Source: Azolla caroliniana
Lineage: Eukaryota; Plantae; Polypodiophyta
Assembly: GCA_043228905.1 (NCBI GenBank)
Contig: JBHGNT010000006.1
Span: forward strand, 2,418,001 to 2,482,000
Direction of reading: 5' to 3'
DNA length: 64,000 nucleotides
Part shown: positions 1-13,189 of the stretch, in pieces
How positions within the stretch are numbered: the first letter of the stretch is position 1
Layout: each line of letters begins with the position of its first letter
Program-made: the position numbers and the translations under genes
The notes under the pieces: model-generated
Database searches by the model: none
Seen by the model: only the letters and a program-made list of their open reading frames with translations
Told to the model about the DNA's origin: nothing

Positions 1-869
1 ACTTAATTAGTAGATTTATGATATTGGTTTCACCGCGTGCATAGCTGACTACCAAACTTATGGAGAAACATGAACTAGTTTAAATGGAGGCTGATTTTGG
101 TCCAAGCTAACCTTAACAGAACATGGCCCTATAATTGTTGCCATGACTGTCCATGTTGTTATTATGGATCTTTGTCTTCTATTGTTAAAACTATTATGTT
201 TCTATTCCATTGCTGCTTAGATTGTGTAGTGTGTTGATAATGGTTCCAGTTGCGTTATCGTTCGGAGTTTGATCTTGTGTGAATCACCTAAGCAATAGAG
301 TAGATCAATTTTAAATACAGGTATGAAAGCCTAATAGGTTTGTTATTTCCACGACATTATCCTAAAGTTCACTGCCTTACATTGTGCACAATTATATACA
401 CATATGGTTTGATCCCATATGAACAAACTGAGGAATAGATTAGATCAACTTTAAATACAAGTATTGAATACTTTAATAAGTTAGTTATTCCAATCACTTA
501 TCCTAATGTGCACTATCCTACATTTTCCACAATTACATACATGCACGTATGGGTCAAAGTATAAATTATATCTCATTTTATTAGTATGGATACAAGTACA
601 CCTCATATTTTTGTAAAACTTACCTAATTAATATAAGTCTTTAAGTTAGTGTTTCCCTTGTCGCACAGTAGTGACATATTGAGCCATAGTTGAACTTTAT
701 TATGCCTACATTAACTTATCAACATGTCTAAACTTGCATGATTTCTAATGATCTCCACTCGTAGATCTATCATGTATTTTTATATTTGCAAATTCTCATC
801 AAGTTGAGGAACATGTGATACTAGTGCATCCAATTTTTGTAGAGAGGGTGTATTTGCTTCGTTTTAAGA

Positions 870-2204
870 AGATTCTACAAGTGGAATGCGCAATCCTTCC
901 ACTTGTGAACGCGAACGTGTTATGGGCCGAATTGGCCTCTTCTACCGCCGTGACCTCCTCCTCGGCCACCGTCCGAATTCGAGAAGAACATTTGTCCTTC
1001 CGATGTCTTGCTTTTGGTTCGGATGTGGTTCTCTTCGACCAATAACATTGATTGGAGGACGAAGAATGAAGGAGGGTTTTCTCTCGCCAGGATTGTCGTC
1101 CGTAATGGATCGAATTGTTGTGTGAGGCCGCCCAAGCATACTTGAACCATCTCGTCTTCGTCGACTTTTATTTTGATGGAGCCAAGTGAGTCGCAAATGC
1201 TCCCGATCTTGGCGGTGTAGTCCGACAGGGACATGTCTTTTTGCCGAATGTTGTTCAACTCTTGTCGGAGTTAAAGCTTTCGGGCGGTCGTGTTGGCGGC
1301 AAACATTTTCTTTAAGTTCTCCCACGCCTCTTTGGGCGTCTTGGCGTCTCGAATGTGGCTAAGCATGTGGTCGTGGACACATGTTGCCAAGCAATACATG
1401 ACTCGACTCGCCGCTTGCTCCCATGTTGCATAGTCGGCATTTTTTGAGTCGGATCGATTTTCTTGTGTGTCGTTGATGTAGCTCCAATACCCTTGGCCGA
1501 CTAGGTATTGGGTCAACTTGTACTCCCAAGATGAATAATTGTTCCGGTCTAGCTTTGCGCTAGGGAGCGAGCTACTCATTTGTGTGTTCGTGTTGATTGT
1601 ATCTTCTCTTCTTTTGTTTTTCTTCCTTTGATCACGTACATGTGCTACGTAGCGGCACTACGGTAGCCGATAGCCAGATTTTGTCGTCGGCGTCTCGAAC
1701 ACACAATCACGGAGTCGGGTGGGCTTGGTGGATTTTCTAAACCACACGCTCTGATACCATGATAAGAATTAGGTAAGTAAATAAGTATGGGTTAATTAGT
1801 ACCTAATTATGTGATTAAGTTAAGCGAAAGATTAAGTGATATGTGTGTCTATGTGTGTGAGAGGAAGAGAGAGAGAGAGATACACTTATGAACAAACACA
1901 AGATGGGGGATGAGTAACTATATTAAATTAGCATTATCATCATCATCAAAAACAAAAATACCCACAATGAGGTATATATACATTTCATGTGCAAGGGTGC
2001 ACATGTGTGACGATAATATAGGTACAAAAGTGTAAGTCCTATATTAAATGACCTTGGGAGTGGAGGATCTAGAATATCCTACTTAAGTACAAGGTCCTAT
2101 TTAAGTCGTTATAGTCAACACTTCTAACTAGATTCTATCTAGGTAACTATGAAGTTACATGGTTGACTAACTAACTAAACTAAGTTGAGCTTGATCTCTC
2201 AACA
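870..2204 (-). mobile_element. Truncated Ty1/Copia element: 5' LTR, PBS and decayed gag
   Basis: UBN2-like gag in 1271-1579 and 920-1258 (KLDRNNYSSWEYKL...AWENLKKMF, one in-frame stop). tRNA-iMet PBS TGGTATCAGAGC on the minus strand at 1748-1759, next to an LTR end at 1760. The LTR start is probably TGTTGAGAG at 2204 (alternative 2120). No pol or second LTR. Confidence 0.8.
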
Positions 2205-5200
2205 AAGAGGCTCCATTCACCAACCACACTTTCATAGCGGATGGCGGATGAAATTTCCTACTTAAGAGCAACTTTCGTCCCAACTTCACAGAATAATGGA
2301 AAAATTGGAAAAATTTAGTACGAGACGAAGGATTTGTATGTTTCCAGAGATAATCTGATGGATCCCAATGCAAGTGCAACAATGACTGTTTTTTAAAAAC
2401 CCATAGTTGGCAAAATAACATACTATCGAAAGGAGAAAGATCTAAAATCCATGTTTTACCCGATTTACCAATCACTCTCATTGGATATTGCAATGTCGTT
2501 TGCCAAATTGATGATTCCACATCAGTCTGCCATAATCTTCCTTCCTCAGACACATCAAAATAGTAACAGTCTCCTTGAGATGTTGTTCCTTTTACACCTA
2601 TAATAACACCAACCAGAGTAAAATATCCAAACCAAACATGCTCAAAAGAAGGTGACCAATTAGATAGAAAATTCCCTAAAGATGATTGAATTTCATCAAA
2701 CATAACTCTTAAACCTCTACACATGGTAGCATCTAGCTGTGAATTATTTAGATGAAAAACATAATTTCCCCAAGAGGTTACCGTGGCAGCTATACCATTA
2801 TCCAACGTAGCCCACTGTAATTGCGGTCTACTGCCAAGCAATACACCCCTTTCATTAGAAAAAATAAAATTCCAAATCAAAGGTTGCCGCAATAGTTCTT
2901 CATTCAAAGAGGGGCATCTACGATTCAAAAAAAACTTAACAGCTTCCCATGCTTTACAAATACCAACCATAAAACCATCTATCGGACCATGTATTGGTCT
3001 CATCTTAAAATTTGACATGAATGCCCTTCTTAGAGATGGTTTCCAAAACCCCCCGTAGACGGTTTAATAGCAAACAATCGATTTAAAAGCAACTTTGACC
3101 ATATACCTTGAGCAGGCAACATAGCCCTAACAACAAATTTTGCCAAAAGAGCCTTGCATTGGCTGTCTGGGTCCACCAACCCTAAACCACCATCAAAAAA
3201 TTGTGTCGTAAGTGTCGACCAGGCTACCTTTGCACGAGCATCATTATTACTTCGTCCTATCAAAATAAAGTTTCAAACCATTCGTTGAATCTTTAACAAA
3301 CAGGATCTAGAGAACAAACATGTAGATGCAATATACCACATCGATGAAAGGAGAACTTGATTAGCTATCATTACTCTGCGTGCTAAAGACAACTCTGTAG
3401 TGTTCCTTATTCACATTTATACCAACCTGACATCCTAAGTAACAAACTGAAACTCCTTGAATCCAACGAAAAAACTCAGATGGTCTCCATGATGGCAATG
3501 GCCGCGTAGAAACCCAAAAACCCACTGATTTACACCAATTAACTTTTGCACCAGAGGCAACACAAAATGTTTCCAATGCAGCTTGTGCTTTATACAAATT
3601 ACCTTCTTCAGCGAGCAGGTATAGTGTTGTATCATCTACAAACTCCACATCTAGAATCATCTTGTTAGAGATCGGTGCGACCAACCCTTGGATCCAGCAC
3701 CTGTTGAATTTAAAAATGCTGAAAATACCTCGGTAACAATATGAAATAAAAAAGGGGCTAACGGACACCCTTGGCGAACAGATCGTGACATTTGAAACCT
3801 TCATCCTCTACCTCCTGCTACTAAGATAGAACTATAAGCTAATCTATACAAAGTTGACACTGCAATAATCCAAGCTTCTAGAAACCCTAATCTTCTCATC
3901 GCCTCTTCTAAAAAGTCCCAATTCACTATATGATAGGCCTTTCCAAAATCTAACAATAAAATTACTAAGTCCTCTTTCTTTGCCATAGTTGAGGCGGACA
4001 ACTCCCAAAACAAAAACATATTATCAAATATGCTCCTATCTTGCATGAAACGTGTCTGAGAAGTATGAATAATATCAAGCAATAAAGGTTGCAAACGAAG
4101 TGCCAATACCTTAGCATAAATTTTGGAAACTGTATTAAGTAATGTGATGGGTCGCTTTGCCCTAATGTCCTCCGAGGCTCCATCCCCTTTAGGGATAAGA
4201 CAAATCAGGCCCTCTGTCCATTCCTCTAGCATGGCTCCCGAATAAAAAATTATCTGAAAAGCACTAGTTAAATCATCAACTATAATGTCCCAATACTGTA
4301 AGAAAACATCTCTTATTAGTCCATCCTCTCCTGGGCAAACCTTCAAACCCAAAGATTTTAATGCTTCCAGAACCTCAGAAGAAGAAAAAGGGCATAAAAG
4401 GGTTTGAACCATTCGATTTGTAACACATGGTTTTGTTGTACCAAAAACTATACCCCTCATTACCAATACATTTTGACTCACCTCATCAGTAGACAACAAT
4501 TGTTCATAATATCGCGATGCCAACTCTCGCATTTCATCTGGATCTGTTGCAAGAGTACCATCATCCCTCTTTAATGCACCCATCTAAAACTTCTGCGGTC
4601 TTGGAGTAACTACATCAAAAAATAATTTGGACATTTTGTCCCCTTTTTGAGACCATTTTGCTGCAAATGCAGAGTATTTAAAATCAGCCATTTTAGATTG
4701 CATAAAATAAATCTCGTCTCTTAACTTCCGTAAGTTGTTTTCAAGATAAATTGAATTGATATCTCTTTCTTGCAAATATTGAATCGAGGCCAACCCTCTC
4801 CTTGCATTTGCCAAACGAGAGATAAGAAAAAATTTCTTATCGTTAGCCTTGCCTAAAAGCAAATTCTTAAGCTAAAATAATGCCACGAAAACCTTAGTTA
4901 ACTTTGTCAGGAGCAAAGACATTAGACCAAAGGAAAGCAACACTCTCTGCAATAGAACCATCCTTCAGAATCCACTTTGGAATCTTAGCATGATCATGAA
5001 ATACAACCACTCGCAATTTCAAAGTTAGCTTTACTGGTGCATGATCTGAAAAGTTTGTACCTAGCACTATCCCTACAGATCCACCTAACTCCCAAAAAAA
5101 CTAATATGCATAAAATGACATACTTGGATGTTTGATTGATTCTCTAAATGTTGCACCAACTTTTGAACCTTTGAAGAATTACTCATAGGCGCTACATTGT

Positions 5201-6200
5201 CACAAAGACCAACCACCCTAACCATACTAACTTGTTGGGTATCAAAAATAGGTAACGGCTCGTAATGTGCTTCCACAGCCTGCGAAACAGTATTCAAAAG
5301 TGGAAAATGTTGCAAAGGATTATCATAAATTCTATCAGGCAATTCAATTTTTTTCTTTGCTCGAAATGCCTGATTTCTATTCACGGTCTGCCATTGCAAA
5401 GATTTTTGAACAAGAACTTCACCAGACGAGGTAGTATCTTGTTCCAATGGACAAGCTTTGGCAATATGACCTATTTCCCTACACTTATAACATTGATTCG
5501 GTAAATCATAATATACAACTTTCTGAAGTTTTGGAAAGGCATTTCCATCTAGTTTCGGCAATCGAATCCATTGTGACAATTTCTCCCCTTTCCTACATAA
5601 TAATTTCACTGACGGAGCTCCTCCTTCCAAAACCTCATTCTTAGTACGTGACTGAAATGCCAAGACCTTACCAATAGATGCACCTAGTTTAGGCAATATC
5701 TTCCTCAATTCTTTCTCCAAATTTGGGAAAACCGCCGTACAAGTGAACATAACGGCTGAATCCTCTTGTAACGCAAGTGTATTAAATCTGTGACGCCATG
5801 GATAAAACACCGCCAGGGCACCCTTAAGATCCGATGAGCCCAATGACAAGAGACGAGAAACCGATTCTCCATTCTCAAATTCTAATTGATAGCATCCCCA
5901 TCCTAATATTTGAATGTCAATAATTTTATCCAAATCTGATTGGATGGCAACCTGTAACAAATGTCGAAGATCCCCTTTGCTTGGCCGGCTTCACAAAATA
6001 TGTACCACTATTGAGACGGCCTGAAGACAAATCACCTCTTGCATAACAATCACTTCATCCTCTAGTGCTAGGCTAATGTCTAAAGTCCCTTCAACAGAGA
6101 TTGGGTTGAGAGCTGATGCACTGGACCGCTCTCGGGGCGTTGATGTCGACGGTTCCTCCATGGCTGAGTAGGTATTTCCTTAACGTATTCCCTCTCTCTC
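2205..6200 (-). mobile_element. Degenerate L1-like LINE (ORF1 zinc knuckle, partial endonuclease, RT)
   Basis: ORF1 starts at an ATG near 6161 and contains CYKCREIGHIAKAC. The endonuclease C-terminal motif FSDHAPV is near 5040. RT pieces: 3801-4583 (PGEDG, RPITLLN, LLDFGKAY), 3361-3804 (EFVDDT), 3030-3263 and 2167-3018, broken by stops and frameshifts. The 5' end abuts a short (GA)n. Confidence 0.88.
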
Positions 6201-6567
6201 CTTTTTATATATTGTATCTTCCCTAATTTTTGTTAAATAAATCTTTTACTTAGAATAGAAAAGAGGATTACCAGGATAAATTGATTCTTCTCTGCTAATC
6301 CTTGCTGATTTTGGTGGCCACTTGCTTCCGTAGGAGAGGAAAATAAGTTGTGCAGGGGTAACGATGACAACAGAGATTCTAGGAAAGGAAATAGGATATG
6401 CAAGGGCAGTTATGGCGACAGCCTCTAATGTCAATATTACTTTCACATGTAGAAACTCGAGAGAGATTAGATTAGATTGCATAGTTTTCCATAGAGGCCA
6501 ATATTGACTCGTGGGACCTAAGACAAGTTTTGTAGATATGTTTCCCCTTCCTAAGAAGGGATATAAT

Positions 6568-8090
6568 TGAAAAATGAGAAGGCACATTTGTTCAATAATA
6601 GACATTGGTATGTCACAATAGGAGGGAGAAAATATAGAGATCACACATATTTACATGAGGAGAAAGTTCCTCTTTATAAAGGCCAAGATCTGCCCGTTGG
6701 GCTAACTAACTGTTGGAGCGAACTAGTCGTTGGGCTAGCCATTATAACTTTTAATCATTCAACACTCCCCCTCAAGATGGGTGAAAAATATCCACTAAGC
6801 CCATATTGTCACACAATCTAGTAAGACTTATTGGCCCAAGTCCCTTTGTAAGACAATCTGCTACTTGATGTTCAATAGAAACATGAGTCAATTTTAATAT
6901 TCCATTATCAAGCTTCTCCTTGATAAAGATCTGTCGATTTCGATGTGCTTGGTCCTATCATGTTGTAATGGATTGTTGGCAATGCTGATTGTTGACTTGT
7001 GTTCACACCACAACATCATCTGATTTTTTTTTATTCACCTTTAGTTCTACTAGGAGAGTTCTCGGCCATAACATCTCCGCAACTCCGACAACAATAGCCC
7101 TATCCTCTGCTTCTGCTGTTGACCTTGCTACTACTGATTGTTTCTTACTCTTCCAAGAGACCAGATTGCGCCCTACAAACATGCAGTATCCTGATGTGGA
7201 TTTCCTATCATCAGCGCAACTGGCCCAATCAGAATCACAATAGCCTTCAATGTTAAAATGACTATGTTTTCTAAAGATCAATCCCTTCCATGGGGCACCT
7301 TTGAGATATCTCAAAATATGGTACACTACATCCATATGATCTTTCCTCGTATCATGCATGGAGCGACTTACCACACTTACTGCAAATGAAATATTTGGAC
7401 GGGTGTGAGTCAAATAAATAAGCCGACCTACCAATCTTTGATACCTTTCACGATCAACTTTCTCTCCTGCCAGTTCAGTTAGCTTGATCTTTTGGTCGAT
7501 TGGAGAAGCTACAAGCCTACAACCCAACATTCCAGTTTCTATGAGAAGATCTAATACATATTTTCACTGAGATAGAACAACTCCTTTTGCTCCATGAGCT
7601 GCCTCAATTCCAAGAAAGTATCATAGCAATCCTAGATCCTTCACGTCAAGCTCTTTACCCAATTTCACCTTTCGTTGCACAATTTCTCCTTCATCATTAC
7701 TCGTGATAATTATATCATCCACATACACAACAAGTAATGTAGTATGCTCATTGTGTTGTTGAAAAAACACTGTATGGTCTGTATTTGTCTGTTGGTATCC
7801 CATACCCACCATAGCCCTTCTTAACCTGTCGAACTAGGCTCGAGGAGATTGCTTTAGTCCATAAATCGACTTCCTTAGTTTGCAAACCTTACCTACTGTT
7901 TGGATTGTACCAAAACCTGGGGGGGACATCCATGTACACTTCCTCCATCAACTCTCCATGAAGGAATTCATTTTTTACATATAATTGATGTAATTTCCAA
8001 TGCTTATTCATTTCAGCCACCAATCGTGCCTTGTATCGATCTATTTTTCCCTCTGGGGTCTATTTTATTGTAAACACCCATTTGCTTTCA
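6568..8090 (-). mobile_element. Copia (Ale/Retrofit-like) RT-RNase H fragment with PPT and 3' LTR
   Basis: RT YVDD (7621-7812) and RNase H YCDSDWA...RKSTSGY...VSWKSKKQSVVARSTAEAE (7003-7530). Minus-strand PPT at 6765-6773 precedes TGTTGA at 6764. The far LTR boundary (about 6568) is uncertain. Confidence 0.8.
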
Positions 8091-8139
8091 CCCAACTTGT
8101 AATCCGAAAATGAGTGATAACAATTGACATGTCTCTTTC

Positions 8140-8535
8140 AAGCATCACTTATGTGGGCCGATTTTCGAAAAAAGCCAGTACCTCAAACAAAGTGTATCGC
8201 TTGTTGTCGAAAGATTGGTCTAACAATGCCAAGTTATCCTTCAAACGACACAACTTTTGAATAAAAGAATATTTAGCTTAAGGGGGGGTGTGGAAATATT
8301 TAACCTAAATATTATATTTATTTATTATATTAGAAATAACTATTTATTTGCGACGAGTTATTTATTAAAGTCGTTTTGAAAAAGAGACACCAGTTATACC
8401 CTTTTGACCATTGTCTCTAGAAATAAGCCATTCGGCTATGTAACACAATGTAATGAATAGAGAAAATTTTTGTGAGTGTGTGATTTCTCTCACTAGTGCA
8501 ATCATTCTCTATTTGTATAGTTGTCAAATTCTACA
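8140..8535 (+). mobile_element. Copia 3'-end remnant: RNase H tail, PPT and ~247-bp LTR
   Basis: The decayed tail HLMWADF..KPV...IACCRKIGL resembles the RNase H end of the 13076 element. PPT AAGGGGGGG ends at 8288 and is followed by TGTGGAA...TTCTACA (8289-8535). Confidence 0.6.
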
Positions 8536-8658
8536 CCAATATCTCTATTGGTTGAACATCTATTTCCAAGAGCATAACCTGATAGGAGGTGGTGGATTTA
8601 ACTCCCAGTTGTCTCATTAAAATATCATTTAAATATTCTGAGTCTCATTCCATGCATT

Positions 8659-8662
<4 letters not shown>

Positions 8663-8720
<58 letters not shown>
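8663..8720. repeat. (GA)n microsatellite
   Basis: Perfect GA dinucleotide run. Confidence 0.95.
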
Positions 8721-8724
<4 letters not shown>

Positions 8725-9414
8725 CATGGTAATGGTGGAGTTGATAATATTTTTAAGTCCATCAGAGTGCTAGAAAGATAAGCCATGGGATCCAAAAAGA
8801 GTTTTACAAGACATCCTCCAAGTTTGTAGATGCAAAGAGTATAGCTACATGTGGCTAATGAACTTTTTTTCCTTAAGATCATGCTTATGATTAAGAAAGC
8901 ATAGATCTTGCCTAGTAAATGGAGCTTTGTGTGTCCAACTTTATGAGGTATCGCATAGTGGCTCGATGGACTCTTTCACGTTTTTTTTATGAAACCAATT
9001 ATGATAACTAGGGAATTTTATGAGCTTATGCTTACCTCTTCTTAATGCAAAAGATAAGAAGAGTTGCAAACTCTTACCTCGTGTATGGTTTCACCCATTT
9101 TCTTCCATTTTTTTGGAGTTCCATATAAATATCCATTGGTTTCAGTGCATATGCAACGGAATCAACGTGTATCTTAAACTTTTTGATAGCATTATTCAAA
9201 AGTCCAATGTCTCCTTCATTTCCCCTCCATATTTTCCCGAATCATATCTAGTGTTTCAATTTGAACATATGATATCTATGAGGTTCCTATCGTGGTTAGT
9301 TATTATTAAGGCAGAATGAATGACACTCCCCCCCCCCCCCCCCCCCCCCCCCCTTTGTAATGATTCAGCTCTGTATCATTTCATGTGTTGCTCTTGATCT
9401 AATAATTCAGCTCT

Positions 9415-9560
9415 ATGTTAATGCATAAGGGTGTGATGGCTTGGGTTCTTTATGTGTTCTTCATTTATGTAATCATCTCTCCTCCTTGGAAACTTACAAT
9501 GGGGACAACATCAATGAGAGGGGTGTCTTGTGGGCTGAGGCGAACACAATCACATAGTTG
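9415..9560 (+). pseudogene. DUF26-family copy 1: signal-peptide remnant
   Basis: Encodes MLMHKGVMAWVLYVFFIYVIIS, matching the N-terminus of the 33661 and 50340 genes. It then frameshifts and stops. Shared downstream non-coding blocks follow at about 9690-10380. Confidence 0.75.
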
Positions 9561-11666
9561 ACTTACAACACGTGCAATGCCTTTTCAAAAGTTTGGGCTT
9601 CGGGCGCTGAACCCGAATCGATTACCTCAAGATAATTGGAAGTTGTCTTCTTTCTCCTTCGTCTTGTTTTGGCAAAGAAGCGAATGCGTGTGTGCTCAAG
9701 GAAATAACATAGAATGGATTTACTCCACCTATCATACTTTGTATACTGAGGAAATAATACTCTTTATGTACAAGCACGAAGTAATATGCTTACTTTGTAT
9801 CAAGCAGGAAACAATCAAGTGTTACTTACTCTTAAGGTACGTTAAAAAATTATCTCAACTTGTAACCTTTGTTCTTTTATGATCAAAATTATCGTATTTC
9901 CATGAGTATTACAAATCTAATTTCTTTTTCTTGGCGAGTATGGGTTGATTCTTTTCACTACTATATACAGTTGAGCTACTAAATAGCAATGTTCAAATTA
10001 AAAAGCAATCATTGGAACATTTCCTGAAGATTGTGTGAAGACCACATGTTTCTCAACATATTTAAAAAATATATACTTTGCATTGCATGTATATCCTTTA
10101 ATTAGAAGTAAATTATACACTAATTTGTTACAAGCTATCAATAATATGCTCACTTGTATCGTCAAATATTTCGTCATTGCTTATAATCTTTAATATCAAA
10201 TTTTAACATGTTTTCACATTATGTTATTTCAATATTGTTCTCCCAAAAGCTGCAGTGCAACTCCAAGTTTATGTTATTTCCAAGCGGGATCCTCTCTTTT
10301 CTTAGGTACACCCACTAGCTACATTCTTCTTCTATTGTATTATATAGAGTTGTGTTACACAAAAATGACACATTTCTCAACCTATTTCAAAAAATATCCT
10401 CATAATGCATGTATAAAGCCTTTTAGAAAATGGGGCACTTGACTTTTTCATGGCCCACCAGTATTGACCCTTAACCGACCTTATCATAATCGTTCCATAC
10501 TTGGATGCGCAATCCATGAGCCAATCTTTTGGGAAGCATTGCTTAATAGCTTGATCCACGAGTTGCTATCCACTTTACAAGTTTGTGAGAGCACAGCGAG
10601 GTCATGTGAGCTACACAACTCAATATCTTTCAATGAGGAGGTTCTACCTTGAGACTTCCCTTCCAAGTTTCTCTAGGTCAATGCCTTTAGTGGGTAATTT
10701 ATATTGTTTTCCTTACTCCAACAATGAATACTTAAAACTTTTCAAGAGAGATATTTCATAAGTACCTCATTGTTGGCCATATTATTATTCCCCAAAGTTA
10801 GTTAGTTAGTTAGTGTTTTTTTTTTTTTCCAAAATAAAGCTACTTTCCCATTAGTTAGGAAGGATTATTACAAGGAGACTATACAAGGAAGCTTATACAC
10901 AAAATGAGGAATCTCCCTCCTATCAAGATCAAGAAAATGAGACTACTTACATAGTTTTTCAAACCGACTACCTAAAGTAAGTAGATACCTATACCTAAAA
11001 GTAGTGGCCTTTAGTGTCGGTTAGTTATTCATCATGAGCAAAAATATTCATCTTCTTTTTCATATTTTGCACCATAATATTTATCAGTTAGAGGAGTTTG
11101 AAACTTATACTTCATTTTTCAAGTGTGGATGTACATGCTTTTTGTTTTCTTTCCCTTATGTTGAAGCTAAAATGTACCAAAGTCATTACATGGCATGTAT
11201 TTGATTAGCCCCCTATACCTTGGATGCTTTCTATGGAGAAATACGTGTTTATACAACTTGAAGCTTATTTGGGAGGCAGAGCATTTCTTTTGCGAATATT
11301 TTGAAATAAAGATAGAGATGAAAGGACATTTTATAGCCAAGCAAAATAAGTAGAAGAATTGTATTGAATACAAGAAAAATTGTGAAGAATTAGAGTGACC
11401 AAACACTAAGTTGGCCATCACAAAAATGCTTATGAGATATAAATTTTTTTACACATCATATATTTGCAAATGCTACACTAAACTACACCACCATCCTGTT
11501 CCATGAAATTACATTGGCCAAATCAAACTACATGTACATTAAAATGTGTTGCAACATTCAAAGTAAACTACATCAAACTACAACCCCATCTCCTTCTTTG
11601 AAATTACATTGGCCAAATTAAACTACATGCAACATTAAAGAATGTCGCAATGTTCAAAGTAAACGC

Positions 11667-12407
11667 TGCCGGAAAGGATTCCGGCCCTAAAGAGAAAGGG
11701 AGCCAAGTGCATGTGAACGGGTGTGTGCACCGATGCACACATCAAGTATTATGTATAGACATAATGTAAATAGCATTAGGACTAGTAAGTACTTTAAAGT
11801 CCCACACACACAGAATGAAATGAAAGGGGGGGGATCTCTGACACCGATCACGATGTAACAGTCTCCCCTCCCCTTGTGCTATAAAAGGGGAAGCTTGAGC
11901 CTGCTTTGTAGGCCCGCGTTTAGGGGAGGACGAAGTGTTGTCGGTTTGTGGGCCGAGTTCTCTCTCTCTCTCTCTCTCTCCTCTCCCGTTCTCTGTCTTG
12001 TGTAAGATTCTGTAAGGAAGCCTCTACTCGTGTAGGAAGCCCGTGAGCTCCCGACCAGAGGCTCCTTGATCTGTGTGTGTGTGTGTGTGTGGGTGGTGGT
12101 GTGTTTCGTAGTGTGTATGACTTTGCTACCGACCGAGCCCGGTTGTATTATGCTTACCTTAATCTATTCGTTTCGATTGTTCAAGTTGATCTCTTCTCAT
12201 TTCGGGTTTTCATCTCTATTTCTGTTTCTTCCTAACTAGTTTCTTGCTCTACCTGTGAACTGCGCGACACGGTTCCTTCCACGAACCTACACACTTGCTG
12301 TCCGGCTTCCGGTAACTGACCAGACACACTATCATGGTTTCTCTTCCTACTCCCTCTGACTCCTTGGTTCGAGACCCCCGTGGTCCTGCCCGTTTCAACT
12401 TTCAACA
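11667..12407 (+). mobile_element. Probable LTR-derived segment
   Basis: TG...CA ends, TATAAAA at about 11880, (CT)n and (GT)n tracts. It interrupts a block shared with about 21020-21230. No TSD found. Confidence 0.4.
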
Positions 12408-13075
12408 CATACTCACGGAAAACCGCGACAACGTAATCGCATTAAGTAAATGTTTGAAGTAATAGGCACGGTAGGCACCAATAATTTCGCCCCAAAAATT
12501 ATGGAGTCTCGAAGAACACATGATTGGGTCAATATGAAGGATATAGTACAATTTATTTTTAATTCCATTTCCCAAAGGTAGCCACCAAGGATTTTGAATT
12601 CCACTTTGAAGCAATTTTAACTTTCAAAGAATCTTGACTTTGGAGAACGTCAGCCCCCGAAGAAGAGTTTGACTTTACCACAAATTGATTTGATGATCTC
12701 TACTAGTCCCCTCCAATATATCCAATCTTATATAATTAGGCCTAGACTTCATAAGCTTCAACTCTGATTAATCAAGCATCACCATGTCAATGCACATAAT
12801 TAAGGGTGTGATGGGTTCCGTGCTCTATGCCTTCTTCATTTATGTGCTCCTCTCCTGCTCAAGGCACGCTTATGACAATGGGGACATCAATGAGAGGGCC
12901 GTCTTGCAGGCTCAGACAGTCGAGATCACAGATATAATGTACGGCTCGCGTCAAATCTTCGAACCATCTTGAGTGGAATCAACGATAGCTCTTCGCCGAT
13001 CTACTTGGTCGGCCCTCTACGGCTTGCCTTATCCGACTCATTATGTGAGTGAGAACGCGTATGGCACATACGAAT

Positions 13076-13106
13076 AGTAGACAATGAAAGAGAAAGAGAG
13101 ATAGAA

Positions 13107-13189
<83 letters not shown>

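Noticed and set aside
290-555. Diverged ~140-bp tandem pair
   Set aside because: Only two degenerate units, with no termini or coding signal.
10420-11010. Short ORFs and a poly(T) run suggesting a LINE 3' remnant
   Set aside because: No recognisable motif or TSD.
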